Positions 1-11,628 of a DNA stretch of 64,000 bases are shown one piece after another. Under the pieces are notes generated by a model, which saw nothing but the letters and a program-made list of their open reading frames with translations, made no database searches and had not been told where the DNA came from. The stretch spans positions 24,306,001 through 24,370,000 of the forward strand of contig NC_087436.1 in assembly GCF_036321535.1 (NCBI RefSeq), read 5' to 3'. The translations under genes and the position numbers were made by a program. The stretch comes from Camelus dromedarius. Lineage: Eukaryota. Numbering within the stretch: position 1 is the stretch's first letter; every line of letters starts with the position of its first letter.

Positions 1-900
1 AAAAAGGATCTGTAATCAGAACAGTACTAAATTTAATTCCAAAGTTAACAATGGAATATTGCTGAAAGCAATAACTATATACAGCCTTCAAAATTCAGAA
101 TTCCTTACTTAGCAAAATTTTCAATGAAGTATATGAGTAAAATGACATTTTAAAGCTTCTCAGAAAGCTAAAATTTTATCTCTCCACACTCTTCCTTAGG
201 AAGCTACTAAAAGGACTCAAAACAAACAAAAAAAGACAACATGGGACTTAGTAAATAAGTAATCTAATGCAGAAAAAAGGACTGGAGAATAACCACTTCA
301 AAATGAAAGAGGATGCTGAAGGCCCTGGAATAGGTCTTTTACAAGGGCAAAAATGGAACCGTTGTACTTAATATGGAAAATATTATTTATAAGCCCATGA
401 CAGAAATAAAAGCACATCTGGGGAAAATGAGCAATAAGTCTATAGAAAACCAGGCAAGTGAATAAGTAAAGACAGGAGAAGGCTTATATGAATGTATGGT
501 TCAGTATAATATTTAGCTCAACAATAAGTAATACATATATAATTATAAAAATGTAAATATTTAGTACTGGTTTATCAAAATATTGTGATATAACTATAAT
601 GAGAAAATGAGGAAAAGACAAATGCGTAAATGTGTGAATAATGAAGTTCTAAGCCTTCAGTTTCCATAACTGAAAGTCAACAAAAGTCTAAAAGTCATTT
701 ATCAAGAAATAGTATTACTAAGCAATAGGAAAGCAAATACCAGAGAAAATGGCTAGAAGGACTGAAGATGCTTGACTCTGGAGTAGGAAGGTAGGGAAGG
801 GGAAAGTTGACAAACTTTTTCCCATTATAAACCTTTTAGTACTATTTGACTTTTTAAGTACCAACATGTGCTTTCGTAACAATTATTATTTATAAAGTAT
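1..900 (+). mobile_element. Old, degraded L1 (L1ME-like) fragment
   Basis: A-rich degenerate L1-like sequence, including a 3'-UTR-like stretch near 740-870 (agcaaataccagagaaaatggc...ttttagtactatttgacttttt). Boundaries are approximate. Confidence 0.45.
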
Positions 901-1774
901 TGAATTCATTACATTAAAAAAAACCCCGCATCTTAAAGCTATGATGATCTATGCCAGAATTCACTATCATGTGTTTAAACAAATTTTACTCAACTTTTGA
1001 AACAATACATTCAAAATCTGGGAGGGATAGTTAATGTAAACAATAACAAAAATCATAGTAGAAAAATGTGTAGAAACAAAACAGGAAGTCTAAAATTTTA
1101 CATTCAGCATCAAGAAATCAATTGCTTAAGCCCAATGGTACAGTCAACTACAAAGCTGTTCTATAATCTATTATGTACTTACCATCTCTGCTTTGATGTT
1201 CACATCTCAAACCTAATATACTATCCAAAATACAAATGATTTATTCTTCAGAATCTATTCTTCACCATGTGTTCACCGTCTCAGCAGATGCCCTTCCTTA
1301 ACTCGCTCTCACTCAGATGATGAAGCAAAAAATCTAATTATCCTCCATGCTTTTCTTCCCTCACACTTCCATTCTCTGGTAGATCCATCAATTCGTTTCT
1401 CTGCAATAGCTTCCTAACTCTCTGCCCCACAAAAATCAACAGGCAAATTGATCTGGGGATAAAGAGGGAAGCGGTATCTTGGGAGCTATCATTAATCATA
1501 TTCAGCCAAGGAAACATAAGGCTAAGCGACTAAGTTAAGTGTTCCTATTTACTCAGCAGAAAGCCTAAAAATAATGGTTTTCTTACAATAATTTAAATAA
1601 CAATAAGCACTAAAGGAAGCAATGATGTAAAGACTAGGCTACTTAAAAGGAACCCTCTTGACCTGTCACTGTTTTCCAGGAACTACATAAATACAGAGAA
1701 CAGTTTGAGTGCACTGTTCTTAAAACCCTCAATTAGCTTTCAAAAAATTTATTTCTCTAAAAATACAGCAAGGG

Positions 1775-3600
1775 AACTTCCGCTTTGGGCCATAATGGAG
1801 TAACTGAGGCTGAACTTGTCCTTCCACCATAAACAAGAAAACTGGACAAAATGTATGAAACAACTATTGTCAGACATTGGACAAGAGGCAGCATAGAACT
1901 GTGAAACATGGGGGTGGGGGAGACATGATTAAGTTTAGAAATGTCACTGCTTTATAGATCACAGCACAGGGAGAAGGATCTAACTCTGAGCACAACAGTC
2001 CACAGAGTTGAAAAGACAAAGACTGAAGTTCAAAAAGGCTGAGGTACTCCGCAAGGCAGATTACTGAAAATGATGGAACTATTCAGAGAAAGAGATCCAA
2101 AAATCTGCATGGGATCCCCATGCATCTGTTGCTGAAAATTGTTAAGAATTAAGTCTTGCATATACAGGGTGAAACTTCATGAGACCAAAGAATGAAGCAG
2201 TAGGTTCAACAATTCTCCACGCTCACATGGTACTGAGAGTTCCAAGCAGCCAGAACAGAGTCTTCAATGAACAGCTGCATAATTCAGAAAATTCTGTAGG
2301 AAGATCTATTCAATAGTAGACAAAAACTAGTCCTAGAATAAGTGTACTCTAGATGTTCCCTAACAAAGCCCTAGACTGATAGGCAGACAAGTACCTTCAC
2401 TGCTTGTTGTAATAAAGTTCAACACTCTTAACACATTGATTGCCCACTGTGGATCAGGTGCCTCTGAGGAAACCAACTGTCACTCAGTTGGGTGACATGG
2501 TGGAAATCAATGTGTTAAAAGATAGTTAAATCCAGTAAAACAATATAAATTTCATAATCCTCAATATTCAATAAAAAATTACTAGATAAGCAAAGAAGCA
2601 GGAAAACATGACCCATAACCAGGAAAAATAAAACAGAGATGGTGGAATTATGAGATAAGGATATCAAGACAACTATTATAAATATGATTAAGAATTTAAA
2701 GAAAATATAAACATATGAAGAGAGAACTGAAACATGGGAAAAAGCCAAGTAACACTTTAAGAGATTAAAAAATTTTTCTACAATGAAAACTTCATCAGAT
2801 AAGATTAAAGCAATCATGACACTGCAGAAGACAAGATCAGTGAAACGGAAGACATAGCAATAGAAACTATCTAAACCGAAGCATAAAGAGAAAAAAGACA
2901 AAGACTGAAAAAAATAGATTACCAGAACCACAATGACCCTTCTTTACAACTGAAAATTCTGAAGGCATGACAACTCTAAATGTGAAAGGTAAAACAATAA
3001 AGCTTCCAGAAAAAAATATTTTTAAGTATCTTCATTACGTTGAGTGGACAAGATCCCTTAAACAGGAAATTTTAAATGTTCAAGATAGTGTTAAAAAAAA
3101 TAAGGCAAGCTAGAGAAGACATCCGCAATAAACATACTTGACAAAGATCTTATATCCAGAATACATAAATAACTTGTGTAAGTCAGTAACAATAAAAGAC
3201 AGCTTATTAAAAAATTGAGCAAGAGCCTTGAAAAAACACACCCAAAGAGGTTATCTAAATGGCCAATAAACCTATAAAGGGTGCTTAATTACATCATAAC
3301 CACAATGTCATACCTTTAAATTATACTTAATCAAAATAAGTTAGATAATATCAACTGATAAAGAACAATTGGAACTCTCAAACATTGCTGGCAGGAGAAA
3401 AAAATAATCAATTGGTCCAAGTGTTCAGCAGACAAAATTTTATGGTATGAAAATAATACCTCAATAAACCAGATTTTTAAAAAATAGTTTGGCAGTAACT
3501 AATAAAACTAAACATACACATACATTGACCCAGCAATTCCAATTTTAGGTATATACCCAACATATATTCACCAAAAGACAGGGAAAATGCGAACAACATT
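1775..3600 (+). mobile_element. Old L1 fragments (5'UTR/ORF1 remnant, then ORF2 3' remnant)
   Basis: ORF1-like remnant at 2600-2930 (acactgcagaagacaagatcagtgaaacggaagacatagcaatagaaactatc). ORF2-end motifs at 3000-3590 (gacccagcaattccaattttaggtatatacccaa). The 1850-2420 part is visibly homologous to 6915-7520. Confidence 0.75.
2432..2514. mobile_element. 83-bp piggyBac-like MITE with TTAA target-site duplication
   Basis: TTAA (2428-2431), then CACATTGATT ... AATCAATGTG, then TTAA (2515-2518). The terminal inverted repeat is a perfect 10 bp (12/13 when extended). The element interrupts an L1. Confidence 0.7.
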
Positions 3601-4089
3601 TATTAATAGTTGAGATTACAAAAAAATGAAAGTGTTAAAAAGGAAACCTAAAATTAATGACATGCCAGAACTAATAGTATCAAGTCAGCAAAAGCCTAAT
3701 AATCTCTTTTAATTTACTCTGCATTAAAGATCGCTTTTACACTTAAGGCTTAAATTTACCAAAGCCAATACAGCAAATAAGATACAAAAAGAGTCTAGCT
3801 AACAGTCTTCTCTGTCAAAGTATACAAATCATAAATTTCATCTCTCTATCATATTCGTAGCATTACATTCTGAGGTAATTTTTACATACTGGAAATATTA
3901 TAAATGGAAAATTTTACTTCAAGGAATTAGGTAAGTAGTAAAAAGAGCTGCATTCAGAATCAAACAGCTCTGTTTTCAAACACTGACTTCAGACAATAAA
4001 ACCAGTTACGTAATCTTAAGTACTTGCTGAGTTATCAAAAAGAAATCTTAAATCATGGAGATAAACCATGAGAAAAAGATGTGTAAAAC

Positions 4090-4325
4090 AGTAATAATAG
4101 CAAATACTAAGCATTTACTATGTGTCAGGCACTGTGCTAAGAGTCTTATAGGGAAATCTCATTTAATCTTAACAATGGCATGAAGTAGGTACTCTTTTTA
4201 TTCTCATTTTAGATAAGATAGCTGAGGTCCAGGGAGGTTTACATAATTTGGCCAAGGTCACACAGCTAAGTGATGGAAAAAGAGATCTGAACCCAGACAA
4301 TCTGGATTCAGAGTCATTACACATA
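4090..4325 (-). mobile_element. MIR SINE
   Basis: MIR core motifs: gcatttactatgtgtcaggcactgtgctaag ... ctcattttagataag..agctgagg ... gccaaggtcacacagctaagtgatgg. Confidence 0.8.
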
Positions 4326-6819
4326 ACCATTAAAACTCTCTCTCTATAACAAGAGAGTAACCTAGCACAGTAAAAAAGGAAAAGATTGTTCTTAAAAAAA
4401 ATAATAAAACCACTAATGAAAGTAAAATAAAGCCATTGTAGAAAGCAGAGAGAGAAAAGAGAGGGGAAAATTAAGCCATATTCCCATCACAGAAGCAACT
4501 GCTATTAACATTCTGACTTTTTTTTAACAAGAAAGTTTTAATGCAAAAATTACGTAATAGTCTGCTATCCCACAGTATAAATGTGAACTTATATCAATAT
4601 AATTCATACCTAAAAAAATTCATAACTAGCATATAAAAATCATAGACATTTTATATTCTTACTTGACATGAAAATATGACTTTATTTTATATAGCTGAAC
4701 TACTCAGGATTCCAGTATTTTTTTTCTTAGTCTTATTGGAAATATCTTATATTGTTTACAGAACCACATTTTTCAAAGGGATTTCACACTAACATCTCAT
4801 TTAATCTTCATGATACTCCTGTAAACTAAGCACAAAAGGTTCAATCCTTATTGAGCAGGTGATTTAGAAAACAAGCAATTTGCCAGAGATTACATACCTT
4901 GTTAGTGGCAAAATACCTAGTTTGTATTGGAGGGCCTACAGTCTAGGTCTTCTGAGTCCCAGATGAGAAGAGCCCTTTCTCCCACATACAAAAATTTTAT
5001 TAAATTTTATTAACATAGATGTTATTAAAGCCAAGAGTTTTCATCTTTTAACAGATCTTCTAATCAACAAATTTAACTTTAACCTCACCTTTTGTTTCTT
5101 TGCTTAGTCAGTATTACAATCAAATAGGTAATAAAAATGCCCAAAAAATAAGGTGAGAAAAATGAACACACACACAGAATAACTAATCAACTGGATAATT
5201 CCCCCAAACAACTGAATTTACCAAAAGAAAATTAAAAATCAAAGTCCACTTTCTTTGAATGAGACAATAATAGTATAGCAGCTTTTTATTTTATCAGACT
5301 TCAGAACAGTAAAGTTCCTAAAGATTATGCTCCCAATTAATGAAATCTGGAAGTCTTCCACCCTGAAATTGTACTCAATGCTATTAATCCAATTATCTTC
5401 TGTCAAAGTGACAATGTGTAAAAATAATTCAGAATGGCATACCCCTCCAAATAACTAAGAATTCATTTCTCCCCCATCAAGAATGAGTGTGTATTTAAAG
5501 AAACAGACTTCAATCTCTATTTCATAAAAGCACTACTCCTACAACAGGTCACTCATTACTAGTGAAAGTAGTATTCTCACAGTTTAATGGAAAGAGTAAT
5601 AAACAAATATTCAACTTAGCTTATCCCATAAAATTTCTTTAAAACTTCCACTCTTGCCCAAGGATAAACGTTAGCAATATACAGAGTTAACAAGAAAAAT
5701 AGGAAATAGTGTATATTTCATTCAACAATTTCTTTCCCCAAAACATATAAAGCCAGATCTGTGTATAATTCAATTTTAACAGAGGTTTTTGTCTAATCAA
5801 AATGGAATCTTATAAAATCAGTCTTAAAATGTAATAGAAGATATAGTCATAAGGACTCCTTTTCTGAACCATTCAAAAGGTGTAAATGTACCAAATTTAA
5901 AAAATAAGTTTATTTGCTGGTTTTTAAAAACCCCATGTAACTCTATCACTAAAGTTCATTCTACAGAACTATATGGGAAGAAAGTTACCATGATAAGATT
6001 CTTAATGCTGCTTTAGCCAAACCCGTAAGACTTAAAGTAACTTTTTAGAGAATTTACTTGTACTTAGGGAAAGACCCAAAATAATACACACAGTACACCT
6101 TGAGCAAAGGTTTCACAACAATTCATTTAAAATAGGCTTTGTAAAGCAACATGGTGGGCAAACATATTAGGTTCTCCAAAACAGAATCGTCAAATTAAAT
6201 AAAAATACATGTCTACAATCCCATCTCCGAAATTTTTATATTTGAGGAGTTCCTGAAATTTCAGAATTGTGAATAAGGGTTTTCCTTGGTATGGAATGAA
6301 TACCACAGTATTCTATTTGTCACCCTGTCTATAACATGGGCATATGTTAATTCAAAATTAAACATAATTTCATTGTGCCCACCAGGGATGCCCTGCCTTC
6401 CCTCTCCATTCTGTTGATTCTTATTTTGTGGTTGGCTTTATTCCTTAGATAACTATGTAAGTTTAAAAAGCTAAAGCTCTAAACTGTTCTTAGAGACAAC
6501 AGTAAATAAATGTAAATTTTAAAATGGTTTTAGCTATCAATGAGTTGCTCTTCCTAGAATAAACTTTGCCTACCCCTCCAAAAAACCAAAACATTAAAAA
6601 AATAAAATAAAATAAAATCACAATAAAATTTATCTTGCCAGTAGAACTAAAAATAGTAATAGCTTCAAAAATATTAGAACATTATATAGACTGTTAGCTT
6701 TTATTAGCAGCTAAATTTTAAAATATTAACACTGTGCTATAGAAACAGTACAGCAAAACAGGATATAATTAAAACAGAATGAACTGTTACAATTTAAAAA
6801 AAAAAAATCCCATGAGCTA

Positions 6820-9800
6820 AATGCTAGCACATAGACTTTGAGATTCCTGCTTCCAAATGTATAGGAATAACTGATATCAGCTTATGCTCCTGCAAAGCAA
6901 AAAACTGGTTAAGTAAATATGAAACAACTATTTTCAGCCACTGGATAAGAGCCAACACAGGACTGTGCCCTCAAAAGGGAAACAAAGTAAATCCCAAGAA
7001 AATCTCCCCCATCCCCCCCCTTTTTTTTTTAAACCTAGAGGCTTTTTTCAGACTATAGAATAGGGAGGAGGAACACAAACAGAACATGGCAATCTTACTG
7101 ACCTAAGTACGTAGCTAAGTTAGAAATTGCTTGAATAGCTGAAATTTATGGAGCAGGGTATCAGAAAGAATTGTACAGAGATGAAGTTCCAGAAATTTGC
7201 ATAGGAATCTATGGTCAAATAGTAAACTGATCAGGTACACTGTAGTAAATTGATCAGGTACACTATAGAATTCTACTCAAGTTGGCAAAGAACAACTACC
7301 CAAGTAGCATGAGCTGAACAATTACTGATGTTCATACATGGCTGAGAGGTATCTCAGTTCCAAAAATCCACTTAAGAGACTTCATTAAACACTCCAGGAT
7401 TCATCAGAGACCCAGAAAGGCCATACCTTAGGTGTAACGATAATCTAGACCCACTTTTATTAAAGCTTAAAAATGAACAAGTTGATGCACAAGCAAATTA
7501 ACCATCCGCAGAAACAAAACTCTTACAAAAGACAAGATCCAGACACTCAATATCCTAGTGTCCATGATATCCAACAGTATGAAAAAAACAAAAAGTATTA
7601 GAAATGGAAGAAACAGGAAATTGTGACCCATGACCTATAGAAAAAAATCAATCAACAAAAACAGATTCAGAGTAATGATAGAAGTAGCAGACAGACTTGA
7701 AATATTATTACTATGTGGCACAAGAGAAGAGGGGGTCTGCGGGCAGGATGGCGGCTACTATGGCCAGTGTGGGCCGGTTAGAGGAAGAGGCGTTGCGACG
7801 GAAGGTAGGGCTGAAGGCCCTAAGGGAGAAAACTGGGCGCAAGGACAAGGAAGATGGGGAGCCAAAGACCAAGCAGCTCAGAGAAGGGGAGGTGGAAGGC
7901 AAGAAGCACAGGGAACTCAGGCTGCAGAACTATGTCCCAGAGGATGAGAACCTGAAGAGGAGGAGGGTGCCCCAGGCCCAACCAGTCGCGGTGGAAGAGA
8001 AGGTGAAGGAGCAGCTGGAGGCCGCCAAGCCAGAGCCCAACACTGAGGAAGTGGACCTGGCCAACCTTGCACCACAGAAGCCTGACTGGGACCTTAAGAG
8101 AGACGTAGCCAAGAAGCTGGAGGAGCTAGAAAAGCAGGCTCAAGGGGGCCATTGCGGAGCTGATCCGTGAGAGGCTGGAAGGCCAGGACAGCCTGGCATC
8201 TGCAGTGGACACCACCACTGAACAAGAGGCCTGTGACTCCAAATAAGGCACGCCCTGTCCCCTCACCTGTCTATCAGGCCTGTCCTGTAGACAGATAGTC
8301 TTGGGCAAGGGTTGAGGCTGGGCTTGCCATCACCTCCAGTTTGGCTTCAGAACAATGATTCCCTGCCCCATCAGTCTGAACCCTGCCCCGATGCAGTGAG
8401 GTCAGCTCCTTGTCTCCTGAGTGGTCCCCACCATGCTGAGTGGGGGCAGGGCCAGCAGTAACTCTGTCAGCTTGCTGTATTTGTACGTATGTATGTATTT
8501 TGAACTTTTTTTTAATATCTGGAAAAAGGAACAAGCAGATTTGTGTGTGGTAGAAACCTACCAAATATTTCCTAGGTCCTTGGGGTACTCTGGGTTTGGG
8601 ATATAGAGGTGATGTTTTGCTTGTTTGTTTGTTTAATTCTTTTTTTTTAAACTTCTTTTGTTGAATTGTAGTCATTTTACAGTGTTGTGTCAGATTCCAG
8701 TGTAGAGCACGGTTTTTCAGTTGTACATGAACATATATATAAAAAAAATTATTACTATGTAATATTAAAGGACTGAAAGGAAAACATGGACACAATCAGA
8801 AAACAAACAAAATCTTAATAGAGAAATGGAAACTATTAAAAAATGGAAATTATAGAATAGAAAAATATAGTACCAAACAAAAGTGAAAAGTTAACAACAT
8901 GGGCTTAAAATATTAAACACTGCAGTGAATTTGAAACTGTGCAGTGAACATAAAACCACTGCAGAGAACTTAACATGGCTGCAGTGAACTTGAAAACATA
9001 TAACAGTAACAATTCAAAATGGAAGATGAAAGAGTAAAATGACAGAGAAAGGGAGAAAATGAACACAGAAATTCAACCATCTGTGGAACAATATCAAATG
9101 GTCTAATGGCCTAACACATACATGTACCAGGAGTATCAGAGAAGAGGACAGAAATACAAAAGTGGGGAAGATATTAAAAACTGCAAATTTGATGAAAACT
9201 CTAAACCCACAAATTCAAGAATCTCAACAAACTGCAGGCAGGATAAACTAAAAAAAAAGAAGAAAACAACAAAATAAAAAGCAAACAAAAAAAGAGGGAC
9301 ATCACAATCCAATTGCTAAAAAGTAAGGATAAGAGAGAAACTGTAAAAGTAGTCAGAATAATGCCTATATTCTAAAAGGTCTCCAATTATCACCTCTGCT
9401 TCCACCTTAAGAAATCAGAAAAACAAGAGCAAATTAAACTCAAAGTAAGCAGAAGAAAGAAAAGAAGAAAAAAAAAGCAGAATCAATGAAATAGAAAAAA
9501 GAAAAGTAGAAGCAATCAGCGAAACCAAGAGCTGGTTCTTTGAGAAGATCAATAAAATTGATAAGCCTCTAGCCAAACATGGGCATAATCACAAAAGTAC
9601 AGCACAGTGAAATAATTAGAACCCCCGCTTTCTAGACAGGGGATGAGAAGAGGAGCTTCTGTGAAACAAAATAAAGGGAAGATCACAGAGAAGGTGGAAC
9701 TGGGGAAAGTAACCCCACAAAGTTGTTTATGAACTCTGAAGTTCATCAACATGTGTGGTTCGGATCCTATTCGCAACATGCAAGACTAAGAACTAAACTC

Positions 9801-10370
9801 AAAGATACATCGTCCAGGCCCTAGACCAGCTGCTGGATGGCACATAAGCAGGATAGATCCAAACAATACTAAAAACATTTTAAAAACTGAACTGATATTA
9901 GAACTACAGACCACAGAAAGAGTTGAGACTTGCAGCCTGAACCTAGCCTGATTTGCTAAAACAAAATTAACCTTCTCCAGAGGATTTGAAACAAGACTCA
10001 GAGTCTGATAAACTGTAATTCAAAAACATCTAGGATAAAATCCAAAATTATGCGGCATGTGAAGAAACAGGAAAATCTTAACTTGCATGGGAAAAGACAA
10101 GAGATATCAATGTAGAGATGAGAAAGATATTTAAGACTTTAACTATTGTAAAAATGCTGGAGGAAGCAACTAGTGAACTCTTTGTAACTTTTTTTTCCTT
10201 GGGGGGGGCAGTGTTTAGAACTCACTGTAAGGGCTCAATACCAGGATGAAGATAACAGGAAAGAACCAGCATACTGGAAAATAGATCAATAAAATATATC
10301 CAACCTGAACAACAGAGAGAAGAAATTTTTCAAAAATGAACAGAGCCTTAGGCAACTGTGCCAGAAGAAT
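6820..10370 (+). mobile_element. Old L1 (5'UTR/ORF1 remnants) interrupted by the CCDC12 retrocopy
   Basis: L1 5' and ORF1-like sequence continues across the insertion (…cagacagacttgaaatattattactatgt | aatattaaaggactgaaaggaaaacatggac…). An ORF2 fragment lies at 9380-9580 (gcttccaccttaagaaatcagaaaaacaagagcaaattaaactcaaagtaagcagaagaaa). Probably several nested L1 pieces. Confidence 0.7.
7717..8747 (+). pseudogene. CCDC12: Processed retrocopy of CCDC12 (spliceosomal Cwf18 homolog), one +1 frameshift
   Basis: Intronless. ATG at 7748 gives MAATMASVGRLEEEALRRKVGLKALREKTGRKDKEDGEPKTK...RLQNYVPEDE...DLANLAPQKPDWDLKRDVAKKLEELEKQ. An extra G in the run at 8144-8148 shifts the frame; the remainder reads AIAELIRERLEGQDSLASAVDTTTEQEACDSK* (TAA 8244-8246). 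A 3'UTR and an A-tail (8741-8748) follow. TSD ATTATTACTATGT at 7704-7716 and 8748-8760. Confidence 0.93.
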
Positions 10371-10604
10371 CCAAGAAGGGAACCCTCTAGGTGGCCCAGT
10401 ACCATCCATCAGCACGTTGGCTGAGCTCAGGCACTATGATACCAAGAGATCATAGCATCTGAAACCACAATGTTAAGGCCTTTTTGCCATAATATGGAAA
10501 ATCATTCCACTGATTCTCCTAGAAAAATTATCTCTAATCTCACTAATAAGAACACGGAGATTAAGAAATCTCTAAAACAGCTGGCTACTTATATAAATAG
10601 AACA

Positions 10605-10750
10605 GGGGGAGGGTATAGTTCAAGTGGTAGAGTGCATACTTACCATGCACGAGGTTCTGGGGTCAATTCCTAGTACCTCTCTAAAAATAAATAAATAAAC
10701 CTAATTACCTCCTTCCCCCCATTAAAATAAAAATTTTTAAATAAATAAAT
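10605..10750 (+). mobile_element. tRNA-derived SINE (camelid Vic-1-like)
   Basis: Head ggggagggtatagttcaagtggtagagtgcat...gggtcaattcctagtacctc with A/B-box-like motifs, aaacctaattacctcc body and an A-rich tail. Confidence 0.85.
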
Positions 10751-11434
10751 TATATAAATTGGACAAGCTGTGAAAAGTCTAGAAAAGCCCAGATCTACTG
10801 CAGAAAGTTCATCATCCTTTTCCAAATCCTTGTTACAGAAAAAAAATAGTTCCCTAGAAGTGGGAACTGTGACATGGCAAATAAACTCGGCTATTTACAT
10901 AAATAAAAGATAGTAACAAAAAATTTAAGTAAAATATATAATATGTAGATTTGGCATTAAGATTACATACTTATCTTTAATATTAAATATACCTTTCCAT
11001 TGTTTTCCTTCAGCTAATGCAAAAAACATTTCATTCTTCAAAACTGATTAAAAAGAATGCAGCCTCAAATCAAACCAAACTTAGCTTTAAATCAGCCATG
11101 TTGAAATGATGCCTAGGATTTGACAAAATAATCCAGGGTGCTGGGATCACAGATAGAAAAAGAATGAACCGAAAGTTGGTTAACTGTCAAACCTAGGAGC
11201 AGGTTCATTATATTAATCTCTTGTTTTCTTATGTTTGAAATTTTCCATGATTAAAAAGTTAAAAAGAACATGAGTCTTAGATATGATAGAATCAACTGAG
11301 GAAACATTTATTAACTTACAAGGAGCCTGGCCAGCACTTAGTAGTGTCAGTGAATTGGAACTACGTTAGAAGTTTTATTTCTGTAAAGTAGAAAAGTATG
11401 CAGAAAGGGCACCTACAGTCTTTAGAGTCAAAGT

Positions 11435-11628
11435 GTCTAGCGCTGTGGCTATTTAACATTTCAATTAGCTAATATTCAATAAAATTTAAAATTCTTCAGT
11501 AAAGCTTCTCAGTCACACTACCCACATCTCAAGTGTTCAACAGCCACATGTGACTAATGGCTGACACACTGGAAATCCAGATATAGAACATTTCCATCAT
11601 CACAAAAAATTCTATTGGACAACAATGG
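11435..11628. mobile_element. MER3/MER33-like hAT-Charlie DNA transposon fragment
   Basis: tgtggctatt...cagtcacactacccacatctcaagtgttcaacagccacatgtgactaatggct...atagaacatttccatcatcacaaaaaattctattggacaac. Confidence 0.75.

Noticed and set aside
2515..2931. 138-aa hydrophobic minus-strand ORF
   Set aside because: Antisense reading of an A-rich L1 ORF1 remnant; the hydrophobicity is a T-rich codon artefact.
7221..7266. Short tandem duplications (23-mer at ~7221, 25-mer at ~14398, 18-mer at ~34570) as CRISPR-like or functional arrays
   Set aside because: Only 2-3 adjacent units with no spacers; typical slippage duplications in a mammalian genome.
7697..7747. N-terminal extension of the CCDC12 ORF in the track (MKYYYYVAQ...)
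   Set aside because: It starts at a TTG in flanking L1/TSD sequence; the real homologous start is ATG 7748.
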